A DNA stretch of 64,000 nt from positions 34,861 through 98,860 of the forward strand of contig CAZVRU010000002.1 in NCBI GenBank assembly GCA_964629785.1, given 5' to 3'. The translations under genes were made by a program, and so were the position numbers. The notes beneath the pieces were generated by a model. It ran no database searches. It had not been told where the DNA came from and saw nothing but the letters and a program-made list of their open reading frames with translations. The DNA is from an uncultured Planctomycetia bacterium. Lineage in GTDB: Bacteria; Omnitrophota; Gorgyraeia; Duberdicusellales; 4484-171. Positions 50,179 to 60,107 of this stretch are shown in pieces (the stretch's first letter is position 1; every line of letters starts with the position of its first letter).

Positions 50179-50913
50179 GTGACTATTATGGTAGAAAAAG
50201 ACATTGCTTTCGTATTGAAGCGGACCGATTTCCGGGAAACAAGCATAATCGTTACTATGTTCAGCCGCAACTACGGGAAGATGACCGGCATATTAAAAGG
50301 GTTCTATACGGCAAAGAAAGAGTTTACTTCGTCCATGGACACCTACACTCTTAATCAGATAGTCTTTTATCCCAAACAGACCAGTATCTGGCTGGTATCT
50401 TTCTCTGACCTGCTGAAGGACTGTCCTTATCTGCGAACCGACTATGCCAGGAATCGCGCGGCTGCCAAATGCAGCGAGGCCCTGGATACAGTGCTGCCTT
50501 TCTGGGAAAAAAATGAAGCCGTGTTCAGGCTTTTTTACCTGACCCTTGCGGCCCTGAAACAGGTCGAGGTCCAGAAGGCGGTCTATATTTTTTTCATTAA
50601 ACTGCTGACTTTGTGCGGATTGAAGCCTCAGTTCAAGACCTGCCTGCATTGCGGCCTGTCTCTGGAAAGAAATCTTTTTTTCAGTTATTCGGCCGGGGGC
50701 CTGGTCTGCGGCCGCTGCCGTTCTTTCTACGGCGATGCCTATCCGCTTTTGCCGGAAACAGCATCGTCTATTTATTACATTCAGCATAATAATTTCCCTC
50801 ATGTGCTGCGCATTAATCCCACCCTGCGCTGTACAGAACAGATATTGTCGCTTCTTGACCGGTTCCTTGCTTATCATCTGCATTTTAATCTATTAGCCAA
50901 AGCGGAGATGTGA
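50179..50913 (+). CDS. recO: DNA repair protein RecO
   Basis: It has an OB-fold N-terminus ('VLKRTDFRETSIIVTMFSRNYGKMTGILKG') and a C-terminal zinc finger 'CLHCG...CGRC'. The first ATG is at 50188, and the track has GTG at 50179. Confidence 0.8.
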   Translation: MTIMVEKDIAFVLKRTDFRETSIIVTMFSRNYGKMTGILKGFYTAKKEFTSSMDTYTLNQIVFYPKQTSIWLVSFSDLLKDCPYLRTDYARNRAAAKCSEALDTVLPFWEKNEAVFRLFYLTLAALKQVEVQKAVYIFFIKLLTLCGLKPQFKTCLHCGLSLERNLFFSYSAGGLVCGRCRSFYGDAYPLLPETASSIYYIQHNNFPHVLRINPTLRCTEQILSLLDRFLAYHLHFNLLAKAEM

Positions 50914-51353
50914 TCATGATCTATGAAGACAGATTGACCAGCGCTATCGAAAAAAAAGCCAAAAAACTGCAGGGTTCGACTTTCTCTCCTGATCAGGTCG
51001 ACGCGTCCATACTGCAGACCATTTCTTACGAGTATCCCGGCCGCCGAACAACCGTAGAACTGACCTCGGATGAATTCACCTGCCTTTGCCCCTTTTCCGG
51101 TCTGCCGGATTTTGCCAGACTGGTGATTTCCTATGTGCCGGCCAGGAAACTTATCGAAATGAAAGCTTTAAAATATTATCTTTGTGCTTTTCGCAATGTA
51201 AAGATATACAACGAACACGTTGTGAACAAGATCCGGGACGATCTTAAGAAAGCGCTTTTACCGCGTGAACTTTCCGTGACCGGTTATTTTACGTCGCGGG
51301 GCGGTATCACCAACAAGGTCGTGGCCTCCTATAAAAAGAATACCAGGGTATAG
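50910..51353 (+). CDS. queF: NADPH-dependent 7-cyano-7-deazaguanine reductase (type I QueF)
   Basis: It has the catalytic Cys region 'EFTCLCPFSGLPDFA' and a QueF motif. Confidence 0.88.
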   Translation: MIMIYEDRLTSAIEKKAKKLQGSTFSPDQVDASILQTISYEYPGRRTTVELTSDEFTCLCPFSGLPDFARLVISYVPARKLIEMKALKYYLCAFRNVKIYNEHVVNKIRDDLKKALLPRELSVTGYFTSRGGITNKVVASYKKNTRV

Positions 51354-51513
51354 CGTCTGGCGTTTAGCGGATAGGGTTGCGACTTCGTCGCGAGGTAATG
51401 TGAAATAGATAATTTCTAATTGACCTGATTTGGAAAATGTCTGAATATAAATTTATGTGTAGCGCGGAGCGTTCCCTGAACGCTAACCGCTAAACCCTAA
51501 CCGCTGTTTTACT

Positions 51514-53241
51514 ATGAAGAACGAATTGGTGGCTGCTATCTTCCGCGATATTGCCCGTCTTCTGGAATTGAAAGGCGAAAATATTTTCCGCATCCGCGCT
51601 TATGAACGGGCAGCCCAGGTTGTCGAAGGACTGGGCGAGGATATCGAGCTGCTGTCCCGGCAGAACAGGCTGCGCGAGCTTTCCGGAATCGGAAAGGATC
51701 TGGAAGAAAAGATAAGATCGATCGTTTCCCGCGGCACCTGTGCCCAGTATGAGACTTTAAAAAAAGAGGTCCCGGCAGGACTTCTGGCCATGCTGGATAT
51801 CCCCGGCCTGGGCCCGAGAACAGTGAAGTTGTTTTTTGACAGATTGGGGATCGATGATCTTGAAAAACTGGAAAAAGCCGCCCGCAGCGGACAACTGCGA
51901 AAGCTGGAAGGAATAAAAGCCCGGACCGAGGAAAATGTCCTTAAAGGTATCGATCTGTTGAAAAAAGGAAGAGAGAGGATTTCTCTTTACAGTGCCCGGG
52001 AAGCGGCTGATTGGTTTGTCCGGGAATTGAAAAAGATATCCGCAGTCAAAAAGATCGAAGTCGCCGGATCACTGCGCCGCAAACGGGAGACAGTAAAGGA
52101 TATCGACATCCTGGTGACTTCTTCTTCTCCGGAAAAGGTCATAAACGCTTTTGTGGCCCTGCCCCGTGTCAGGGAAGTCATTGCCAAGGGCGAGACCAAA
52201 GCTTCGCTGATTTCTGATGAGCACGATATGCAGGTCGATGTGCGGGTGGTGGATGACAGCGAGTTCGGATCGGCCCTGGTTTATTTTACCGGCTCCAAAC
52301 AGTTTAATATAAAATTACGCCAGAAAGCGATCAAAAAGGGGCTTAAGATAAACGAGTACGGAGTTTTTTCCCTGGATGCCCGGGGCCGGGAAAAACGGCA
52401 GGCCGGGAAAAGCGAAAAAGAAGTATTCAAGGTCCTGGGCCTGGAATATGTTCCTCCGGAAATGCGCGAAGACCGCGGCGAGATCGAACTGGCCGAGAAG
52501 AAAAAACTGCCCAGACTGGTCTCGGGTGACGATATCAGAGGCGAATTTCACGTGCATTCGACTTACAGCGACGGTCAGGCCACGATAAAAGAAAACGCTT
52601 TGTATGCCGGGAATAAAGGATATACTTATTTAGGGATCGCCGATCATTCTCAGAGCCTGAGAGTGGCCAACGGTCTCGATAAAAAGGAGGTATACAGGAA
52701 AATAGAGGAGATCCGCAAGGTCAACCGCTTACTGAAAAATATCCGGATCCTCTGCGCTACTGAAGTCGACATTCTGAAAGACGGCAGCCTTGATTATCCC
52801 AATGAACTGCTTGATGAGTTCGATGTGGTTATTGCCGCGGTTCATTCCGGTTTTAAACAGGACAGCCGGCAGATGACAAGCCGGCTGGTAAAAGCCTGTC
52901 AGAATAAAAGGGTCCATATTATCGCTCATCCTTCGGGCCGTTTGTACGGCAGCCGAAACGAATATGATTTTTCTTTTTCCGAACTGGTAAAGGCCGCTGC
53001 CGATAATAATGTGGCCCTGGAAATAAACTGTCATCCCCAGCGCATGGATCTGAACGATGTGCGCTGTATGCAGGCCGCTGCCAGCGGAGTAAAGCTGGCC
53101 ATTGGTACTGATGCCCATAGGGTCGGCGATATGGATTTTATGGATCTGGGCCTGGCTATTGCCAGACGGGGCTGGCTGGAAAAAAAAGATCTCCTGAATT
53201 GCCTGACGATACAAGAGGTGACGAAATGGCTAAAAAAATAA
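51514..53241 (+). CDS. DNA polymerase X family protein with C-terminal PHP phosphoesterase domain
   Basis: It has N-terminal HhH motifs, a Pol beta-like nucleotidyltransferase region ('GSLRRKRETVKDIDILV') and a PHP domain ('EFHVHSTYSDGQ'). Confidence 0.88.
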   Translation: MKNELVAAIFRDIARLLELKGENIFRIRAYERAAQVVEGLGEDIELLSRQNRLRELSGIGKDLEEKIRSIVSRGTCAQYETLKKEVPAGLLAMLDIPGLGPRTVKLFFDRLGIDDLEKLEKAARSGQLRKLEGIKARTEENVLKGIDLLKKGRERISLYSAREAADWFVRELKKISAVKKIEVAGSLRRKRETVKDIDILVTSSSPEKVINAFVALPRVREVIAKGETKASLISDEHDMQVDVRVVDDSEFGSALVYFTGSKQFNIKLRQKAIKKGLKINEYGVFSLDARGREKRQAGKSEKEVFKVLGLEYVPPEMREDRGEIELAEKKKLPRLVSGDDIRGEFHVHSTYSDGQATIKENALYAGNKGYTYLGIADHSQSLRVANGLDKKEVYRKIEEIRKVNRLLKNIRILCATEVDILKDGSLDYPNELLDEFDVVIAAVHSGFKQDSRQMTSRLVKACQNKRVHIIAHPSGRLYGSRNEYDFSFSELVKAAADNNVALEINCHPQRMDLNDVRCMQAAASGVKLAIGTDAHRVGDMDFMDLGLAIARRGWLEKKDLLNCLTIQEVTKWLKK

Positions 53242-54191
53242 TCGCGGCGCTGTTATTGCTAACAGCGATCTCCTGCGGCCCGGGACGTTATGAACAAACC
53301 TTTGTCGTGGCCGGGACTTTTGTCCGGGTCATTTCCGATGATCCCCGGGCAGCATCGATAGTCCATGCCGAATTCATCCGTCTGGATAATATCCTGAACG
53401 CCTATAAACCGGATTCGGATATCAGCCGTCTCAACGCCGGAAAAACGGCAGCGGTCAAAGTTTCGCCTGAGCTCTGCGAGCTTGTTGTCCTGGCCTGTTC
53501 GGCTTACGAGACCAGTGAAGGTCATTTCGACGCCAGCCAGGGAGCGGTCTATGCCCGCTGGAAAGAATGCCTGGACCATTTTGAATCCGCTCAATGTCCG
53601 CCGGAACAAAAGGAGATCGCCTCTCTGCTTGTGAATAAGGGAATAAATTCACTGCTGGTGGACAGCGATAATAATACCGTGACCATCACCGATGAACGAG
53701 TGATCCTTGATCTGTCCGGGATTGCCAAAGGTTTCATGGTCGATAAAGCAGTGAATAAGTTGCGCCGGGCCGGGGTATCGTCGGCCTTGATCGATGCCGG
53801 CGGCGATATCTATTGTCTGGGAAGCAACCCCCGGGGCGGGCCCTGGATAGTGGGGATACGTCATCCCTCGGATAAAAAAGAGGTCGTTTATCCCCTGGCC
53901 CTGGCTGATCAGGCAGTGGCTACCTCCGGCAGTTACGAACAGTTTTTTGAATGGCAGGGTGAGCGCTACAGCCATATAATCGATTTATTGAGCGGACAAC
54001 CGGTTCCCCGCAAGATGATAAGTATGACTGTGGTTGCCGCCAACGCCACTACCGCCGATGCTCTGGCCACGGCTTTTTTTTCCATGGGAGTGGAAGGTAC
54101 CCGCAATTATCTGATCCGGCATGCCACTACGCTTCAGGTATATGCCCTGACCGAAGAAGAGAAAGGATTGAAGATAGATGTCCTGCAGTAG
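53226..54191 (+). CDS. apbE: FAD:protein FMN transferase (ApbE family lipoprotein)
   Basis: It has a lipobox 'LTAISCGPG' and ApbE similarity ('LDLSGIAKGFMVDKA', 'ALIDAGGDIY'). Confidence 0.85.
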   Translation: MAKKIIAALLLLTAISCGPGRYEQTFVVAGTFVRVISDDPRAASIVHAEFIRLDNILNAYKPDSDISRLNAGKTAAVKVSPELCELVVLACSAYETSEGHFDASQGAVYARWKECLDHFESAQCPPEQKEIASLLVNKGINSLLVDSDNNTVTITDERVILDLSGIAKGFMVDKAVNKLRRAGVSSALIDAGGDIYCLGSNPRGGPWIVGIRHPSDKKEVVYPLALADQAVATSGSYEQFFEWQGERYSHIIDLLSGQPVPRKMISMTVVAANATTADALATAFFSMGVEGTRNYLIRHATTLQVYALTEEEKGLKIDVLQ

Positions 54192-55026
54192 ATCGATCGA
54201 AGATATTGTCTCTGCCAAAAACAGGAAAAAGCTGGTCATGCTGACCTGTTATGATTTTTCTTTTGCCCGCATCCTTTCGCGCTGCGCCATAGATATGCTT
54301 CTGGTCGGAGATTCTCTGGCCAATGTCGTACTGGGAATGGAGCGTATCAATGACATCAGTTTTGAAGAGATGCTGGCCCATACCCGGGCAGTAAAAAAAG
54401 GTGCGCCCCAAACCCTGGTCGTGGCTGACATGCCCTATGTCTGCTGTCAGAAAAATACCCGCAAAGCAGTTTATTATGCCCGGCGCTTTGTCGCAGAGGG
54501 GGGAGCCGACGCAGTAAAAATAGAGTGGTTCGAAGACTGCCTTAAAGTATGCCGCAGACTGATCAAAGCCGGTATACCGGTCATGGGCCATATCGGGCTG
54601 ACCCCCCAGAGCGCGGACAAGATCGGGGGATTCAAAGTGCAGGGGAAAGACAGCCAGGCCGCAGCCCGGCTCCTGGATCAGGCAGCATTATTTGAGCGGG
54701 AAAAAGTGTTCAGTCTGGTTTTGGAATGTATTCCCCGGGCTCTGGCCCGGCTTATCACCGGGCAGGTAAAAGTCCCCACTATCGGTATAGGATCGGGAAG
54801 TTTCTGTGACGGACAGGTCCTGGTGCTTTATGACCTGCTCGGCCTTTATCGGGAAAACCGCCCGAAATTCGTAAAGCTCTATGCCGATTTGCAGACAGTT
54901 ATCGACAAGGCCGTGAATAAGTTTGGCGAAGAGATCCAGGGCGGTATTTTTCCCGGGGAAAAAGAGAGCTATTCCATAAGCGCAGAGGAGTTAAAAAAAA
55001 TAAAAAATTTATTAAACGAAAAGTAG
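54178..55026 (+). CDS. panB: 3-methyl-2-oxobutanoate hydroxymethyltransferase
   Basis: PanB similarity ('LTCYDFSFARIL', 'LLVGDSLANVVLG', 'ADMPY'). Confidence 0.92.
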   Translation: MSCSRSIEDIVSAKNRKKLVMLTCYDFSFARILSRCAIDMLLVGDSLANVVLGMERINDISFEEMLAHTRAVKKGAPQTLVVADMPYVCCQKNTRKAVYYARRFVAEGGADAVKIEWFEDCLKVCRRLIKAGIPVMGHIGLTPQSADKIGGFKVQGKDSQAAARLLDQAALFEREKVFSLVLECIPRALARLITGQVKVPTIGIGSGSFCDGQVLVLYDLLGLYRENRPKFVKLYADLQTVIDKAVNKFGEEIQGGIFPGEKESYSISAEELKKIKNLLNEK

Positions 55027-55050
55027 TTTTTAGTATATAATACTTCTCTT

Positions 55051-56385
55051 ATGCCTCAGAAAGATCTTGAAAAAATCGTATCGCTGGCCCGGCGCCGGGG
55101 ATTTGTTTTCGGCGGATCCGAGATCCACGGCGGTCTTTCCAGTATCTGGGATTACGGCCCCCTGGGGGCAATGATCAAAAAGACCCTGAAAGACCTCTGG
55201 TGGCGGGAATATGTGGAGCGCCGGGAAGATATTGTCGGTCTGGACAGCGCTATTATCATGAACCAGGGGGTATTTATCGCCTCGGGACATCTGGAAGGAT
55301 TCACTGATATGCTGGTCGATTGTCCCCAGTGTAAAAAACGCTTCCGGATCGATAAGATCGAAAAGATAACCGATACCTGCTACCGCTGTCCGGACTGCAA
55401 GGCCGATATCGATATTTCCCGGAATCAGCCCCGCAAGTTCAATCTCATGCTCAAGACCAATATGAGCGCTTCTGAAAACGACCCCTATTATGCCTATTTA
55501 CGCCCGGAAACGGCCCAGGGGATCTTTACCAATTTTCTCAATGTCCTTAATACGGTCCATAAAAAACTTCCTTTCGGCATTGCTCAGATCGGAAAAGCCT
55601 TCCGCAACGAAGTGACTACCGGAAGTTTTATTTTCCGGATGAAAGAATTCGAGCAGATGGAAATAGAGTATTTTTCTCTTCCTGAGGAAGCCGACCAGTG
55701 CTATGAGCACTGGGTAAAGGAACGTTACCGCTTTTATACCGAACTGCTCGGGATAAAAAAAGAAAATCTTCGCCTGCGTCCGCACCGCGCCGATGAACTG
55801 GCCCATTATGCCCGGGCCTGTACGGATATCGAATACAATTTCCCCTTCGGCTGGAGCGAGCTGGAAGGGATAGCCAACCGTACTGATTACGATCTGCGCC
55901 GTCATTCGGAAATCAGCAAAAAAGATCTTTCCTATTTCGACGATAAAGCCGGCACTCATGTCATCCCTTATGTGATCGAACCGTCTTCGGGCGTGGACCG
56001 GATGTTCTTTGCCCTGTTCTGCGATGCCTATGCTGAAGAAGAGGTGAAGGGAAAGACCAGAGTAGTGCTTAAGCTCAAGCCGGAACTGGCCCCCTATAAG
56101 GCCGCGTTTTTCCCTTTGCTTAAAAATAAACCGGAACTGGTCGAGCTTGCAAAAAAACGTGTTTGTGATAGAAGAAATAAGATTACGGTTGTCTATGACG
56201 ACAGCGGGGCCATCGGTAAATTATACCGGCGCCAGGACGAGATCGGTACTCCTTTCTGCGTCACTGTCGATGTGCAGAGTCTGGAGGATAAATGCGTCAC
56301 GGTACGCTCCCGGGACGATATGGCCCAGGAACGGGTTGCCGGAGAAAGATTGTTAGAGTATTTCAAGGATAAAATGACGGTTTGA
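55051..56385 (+). CDS. glyQS: Glycyl-tRNA synthetase (dimeric alpha2 type)
   Basis: The N-terminus is 'RRGFVFGGSEIHGGLSSIWDYGPLG', and a class II core plus anticodon-binding domain follow. Confidence 0.92.
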   Translation: MPQKDLEKIVSLARRRGFVFGGSEIHGGLSSIWDYGPLGAMIKKTLKDLWWREYVERREDIVGLDSAIIMNQGVFIASGHLEGFTDMLVDCPQCKKRFRIDKIEKITDTCYRCPDCKADIDISRNQPRKFNLMLKTNMSASENDPYYAYLRPETAQGIFTNFLNVLNTVHKKLPFGIAQIGKAFRNEVTTGSFIFRMKEFEQMEIEYFSLPEEADQCYEHWVKERYRFYTELLGIKKENLRLRPHRADELAHYARACTDIEYNFPFGWSELEGIANRTDYDLRRHSEISKKDLSYFDDKAGTHVIPYVIEPSSGVDRMFFALFCDAYAEEEVKGKTRVVLKLKPELAPYKAAFFPLLKNKPELVELAKKRVCDRRNKITVVYDDSGAIGKLYRRQDEIGTPFCVTVDVQSLEDKCVTVRSRDDMAQERVAGERLLEYFKDKMTV

Positions 56386-56434
56386 GGATGTTTTCTTAAA
56401 CAGTTTTTAAAACGGAAAAAGGAGGTCCAGGATC

Positions 56435-59260
56435 ATGGCAAAAAAGAAAATGGTTTACTTCTTCGGGAAAAAAGCAGACGGCAACGCCACTATGAAGCAG
56501 CTTCTGGGAGGAAAGGGCGCCAATCTTGCCGAGATGTGCAGCATCGGACTTCCCGTGCCTCCCGGTTTTACGATCAGTACCGAAGTCTGTCAGAGTTATT
56601 ATGATAACAAACGTAAATATCCCAAAGGATTGCGCGAGGAAGTCGATGCCAACCTGAAGAAACTGGAAAAAGAGACCGGCAAAAAATTCGGTGACAAAAA
56701 AAATCCGCTTCTGGTTTCGGTACGCAGCGGAGCTGCCGTATCCATGCCCGGGATGATGGACACTATCCTGAACCTGGGCCTTACCGACGAGGCTGTAGAG
56801 GGGCTGGCTGACCTGACCGGCAATCCCCGTTTTGCCTGGGATTCTTATCGTCGTTTTATTCAGATGTTCGGTGATGTGGCCATGGGCGTTCCCCATCATG
56901 CCTTTGAACACGAAATGGAAGAGGTAAAACGGGATCTGGCCGGGAAAAAAGGCATTGCCAATGCCGATCAGCTGGTGCAGGAACAACTGATGAAAGTCGT
57001 TCCTGATACGGCGCTGGACGTGGAGCATCTTAAAGAACTGGTCCGCCGTTATGAGGCAATATATAAAAAATATACCAAAGAGAGTTTTCCCCAGGATCCC
57101 AAGGTGCAGTTGTGGCATGCCATAAATGCCGTATTCGGTTCCTGGAACAATGACCGCGCCGTGGCCTACCGTGAGCTTAATGAGATCAGAGGATTGATCG
57201 GCACCGCGGTCAATGTCCAGACCATGGTCTTCGGCAACATGGGCGAAGATTCAGGTACCGGTGTTGGTTTTACGCGTAATCCTTCCACAGGAGATAATCA
57301 CCTTTACGGCGAATACCTGATGAATGCCCAGGGTGAGGATGTGGTCGCCGGTATCCGCACTCCCCATCCCATGGACGATCTTAAAAAAGCCAATAAAAAG
57401 ATCTATGACCAGCTTCAGGCTATCCGCGCCAGACTGGAAAAACATTACAGAGAGATGCAGGATTTTGAATTTACTATCGAACGCGGGGTTCTGTATATGC
57501 TTCAGACCAGGAACGGCAAACGTACTGCCCATTCGGCCATACAGATAGCGGTCGATATGTGCAGGGAAAAGCTGATAGATGAAAAAGAAGCCTTGAAAAG
57601 GATTCAGCCCCAGCAGATAGATCAGTTGCTGCATCCCATGTTCGATCTGGCTGAGGAAAAGAAAGCCAAGATTTTTTCCAAATCGGGTCTGCCGGCTTCC
57701 CCGGGAGCTGCCGTGGGACAGGCGGTATTTACTGCCAAAGCTGCCGAGGAATGGAAAAAAGACGGTAAAAATGTGATTTTATGCCGTCTGGAAACTTCAC
57801 CGGAAGATATCCGCGGCATGCATGCTTCGTCAGGCATTCTTACGGCCCGGGGCGGAATGACTTCCCATGCTGCAGTCGTTGCCAGAGGCATGGGGAAATG
57901 CTGTGTAGCCGGCGCCGGAGATATCGTAATGGAAGAAAGCAAAAAACAGATGCGCTGCGGCGATATGGTGATAAAAGAAGGCGACTGGGTATCTCTTAAC
58001 GGAAGCAAAGGCGTAGTTTATCAGGGGCAGATCAAAACGATTCCCCCGATGATGACCGGTCCTTTCGGCGTGATCATGAAATGGGCCGACAAATACCGTC
58101 GGCTCGGTGTGCGTACCAATTCCGATACGCCTAAAGATACCGAAGTCGCCGTAAAATTCGGTGCCGAGGGTATCGGCCTCTGCCGCACCGAACATATGTT
58201 TTTCGAAGGCGAGCGGATCGTTTCTTTCCGCAAGATGATCATCGTGGCCCCGGAAGTAAAGAGGCTGCGTGATGCCATAAGCCAGGCCCGTGACGCCGAA
58301 GACAGAGAAAAACTGGAAAAACAGCTCAAGGCGCCTCTGGCCCAGTATCTGACTGCTCTGGCCGAACTGCTCCCCTTACAGAGAAAGGATTTCGAAGGGA
58401 TATTCAAAGCTCTGAGCGGCAAGCCCTGCACTATCCGCCTGCTTGATCCGCCATTGCATGAATTTCTGCCGCACGACGAAAAGGGTCAGAAAGAGCTGGC
58501 TCAGGCAATGGGTATCAGTTACGAAAAAGTAAAAGAGACAGTCGAGTCTCTCCATGAATTCAATCCCATGCTCGGCCATCGCGGCTGCCGTCTGGGTAAT
58601 TCCTATCCTGAGATTACCGAAATGCAGGCCCGGGCCATTATCGAGGCAGCCCTGAACGTGGCAGCCAGGAAGATCAAGGTAAAGCCCGAGATAATGGTTC
58701 CTCTGGTGGGCACGGTCAAGGAACTTTCTCTGCAGAAAAAGATCATTGTCGAAACTATGGAAAAGGTAAAGAAAGATAAAAAATTGAAAAAGTTCCCCTT
58801 CAGCGTGAAGATCGGGACGATGATCGAAGTGCCGCGGGCAGCCATTACTGCCGACGAAGTGGCTCAGGAAGCTGAGTTCTTTTCCTTCGGAACCAATGAC
58901 CTTACCCAGATGGGTTGCGGTTTTTCGCGGGACGATGCCGGCAAATTTCTTGTCGATTATGTCAATCAGGGTATTTACGAGCGTGATCCGTTCCAGTCTC
59001 TGGATACCGAAGGAGTGGGTAAGCTGGTACAAATGGGTACCGAACTGGGAAGAAAGACCCGTAAAGACCTTAAGGTAGGTATTTGCGGTGAGCACGGCGG
59101 CGATCCGCTGTCTATTGCTTTTTGCCATAAAGCAGGCTTGAATTATGTGAGCTGTTCGCCGTTCCGGGTGCCTATTGCCCGTTTGGCTGCGGCTCAGGTA
59201 GTATTGGCTCAGACCGGCGCTAAGAAAAAAAGTAAAGCCAAAAAGGCTAAAAAAAAGTAA
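56435..59260 (+). CDS. ppdK: Pyruvate, phosphate dikinase with lysine-rich C-terminal tail
   Basis: It has an ATP-grasp N-terminus, a phosphohistidine domain ('GGMTSHAAVVARGMGK') and a PEP-utilising TIM barrel. The last ~17 residues read 'TGAKKKSKAKKAKKK'. Confidence 0.95.
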   Translation: MAKKKMVYFFGKKADGNATMKQLLGGKGANLAEMCSIGLPVPPGFTISTEVCQSYYDNKRKYPKGLREEVDANLKKLEKETGKKFGDKKNPLLVSVRSGAAVSMPGMMDTILNLGLTDEAVEGLADLTGNPRFAWDSYRRFIQMFGDVAMGVPHHAFEHEMEEVKRDLAGKKGIANADQLVQEQLMKVVPDTALDVEHLKELVRRYEAIYKKYTKESFPQDPKVQLWHAINAVFGSWNNDRAVAYRELNEIRGLIGTAVNVQTMVFGNMGEDSGTGVGFTRNPSTGDNHLYGEYLMNAQGEDVVAGIRTPHPMDDLKKANKKIYDQLQAIRARLEKHYREMQDFEFTIERGVLYMLQTRNGKRTAHSAIQIAVDMCREKLIDEKEALKRIQPQQIDQLLHPMFDLAEEKKAKIFSKSGLPASPGAAVGQAVFTAKAAEEWKKDGKNVILCRLETSPEDIRGMHASSGILTARGGMTSHAAVVARGMGKCCVAGAGDIVMEESKKQMRCGDMVIKEGDWVSLNGSKGVVYQGQIKTIPPMMTGPFGVIMKWADKYRRLGVRTNSDTPKDTEVAVKFGAEGIGLCRTEHMFFEGERIVSFRKMIIVAPEVKRLRDAISQARDAEDREKLEKQLKAPLAQYLTALAELLPLQRKDFEGIFKALSGKPCTIRLLDPPLHEFLPHDEKGQKELAQAMGISYEKVKETVESLHEFNPMLGHRGCRLGNSYPEITEMQARAIIEAALNVAARKIKVKPEIMVPLVGTVKELSLQKKIIVETMEKVKKDKKLKKFPFSVKIGTMIEVPRAAITADEVAQEAEFFSFGTNDLTQMGCGFSRDDAGKFLVDYVNQGIYERDPFQSLDTEGVGKLVQMGTELGRKTRKDLKVGICGEHGGDPLSIAFCHKAGLNYVSCSPFRVPIARLAAAQVVLAQTGAKKKSKAKKAKKK

Positions 59261-59269
59261 AATAAGAGT

Positions 59270-60094
59270 ATGGAAGCGATCAAAGCCTATCTGGAGCGGA
59301 TAAAGCATATCCCGGTCCTGGAAAAAAAAGAAGAGGAGGACCTTATCCGTAAAGCCAAACGCGGCAACCGTGAGGCGCGCCGTAAACTGATTGCTGCTAA
59401 CCTGAAGCTGGTGGTCAATATTGCCAAACATTACAGCCATTTCGGTCTTCAGCTGATGGACCTTATTGCCGAGGGCAATATCGGACTGATGAGGTCTATC
59501 AATAAATTCAATATCAGCAAAGGTTACCGTTTTTCCACTTATGCTGCCTGGTGGATCCGTCAGGCTGTTACCCGTGCCCTGATCGATCAGGGAAAGACTA
59601 TCCGTATCCCGGTCTACATGAGCGAACTTATTTCCAAATATAAACGGGCCAAGGAGGCGCTTCGTCAGAAACACAAACGGGAACCGTCCACCGGAGAGAT
59701 AGCCAAGAAACTGCGTCTTCCCGTGGAAAAAGTGTCTGATATCGAATTGTGGACTACGAAAAAAGCTTCTCTGGAAGCGCCGGTAGGCGATGACGGAGAA
59801 TCGCAGCTGGGAGATTTTATCCGGGCTACAGGCTATGCGGACACCGAAAAAGAGATCGAGCGGTTTTTCCAGCACGAAGAGATAATGAACCTGCTCAATG
59901 CTCTCAGCGACCGGGAACGTACTGTCCTGGATATGCGCTTCGGACTTACTGATCAGGGAAAGACCTTTACCCTGGCTGAAGTAGCCAAACGCCTTAAAAT
60001 ATCCCGGGAACGGGTCAGACAGATCGAGGCCGCGGCATTGAAAAAGCTGAAAAGCTATGTCGTGGAACAGCAAAAAGAAGAAATAGATATCTGA
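59270..60094 (+). CDS. Compact sigma-70 family RNA polymerase sigma factor (RpoD/RpoS-like regions 2-4)
   Basis: Region 2 '[37 protein letters not shown]' and region 4 '[27 protein letters not shown]' are present. It is 274 aa with no region 1.1. Confidence 0.85.
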   Translation: MEAIKAYLERIKHIPVLEKKEEEDLIRKAKRGNREARRKLIAANLKLVVNIAKHYSHFGLQLMDLIAEGNIGLMRSINKFNISKGYRFSTYAAWWIRQAVTRALIDQGKTIRIPVYMSELISKYKRAKEALRQKHKREPSTGEIAKKLRLPVEKVSDIELWTTKKASLEAPVGDDGESQLGDFIRATGYADTEKEIERFFQHEEIMNLLNALSDRERTVLDMRFGLTDQGKTFTLAEVAKRLKISRERVRQIEAAALKKLKSYVVEQQKEEIDI

Positions 60095-60107
60095 AAAGAA
60101 CCGGCTC

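Noticed and set aside
50800-50913. preQ1 riboswitch expected upstream of queF
   Set aside because: queF overlaps the recO stop with no leader, so no room or conserved preQ1-I motif is present here.
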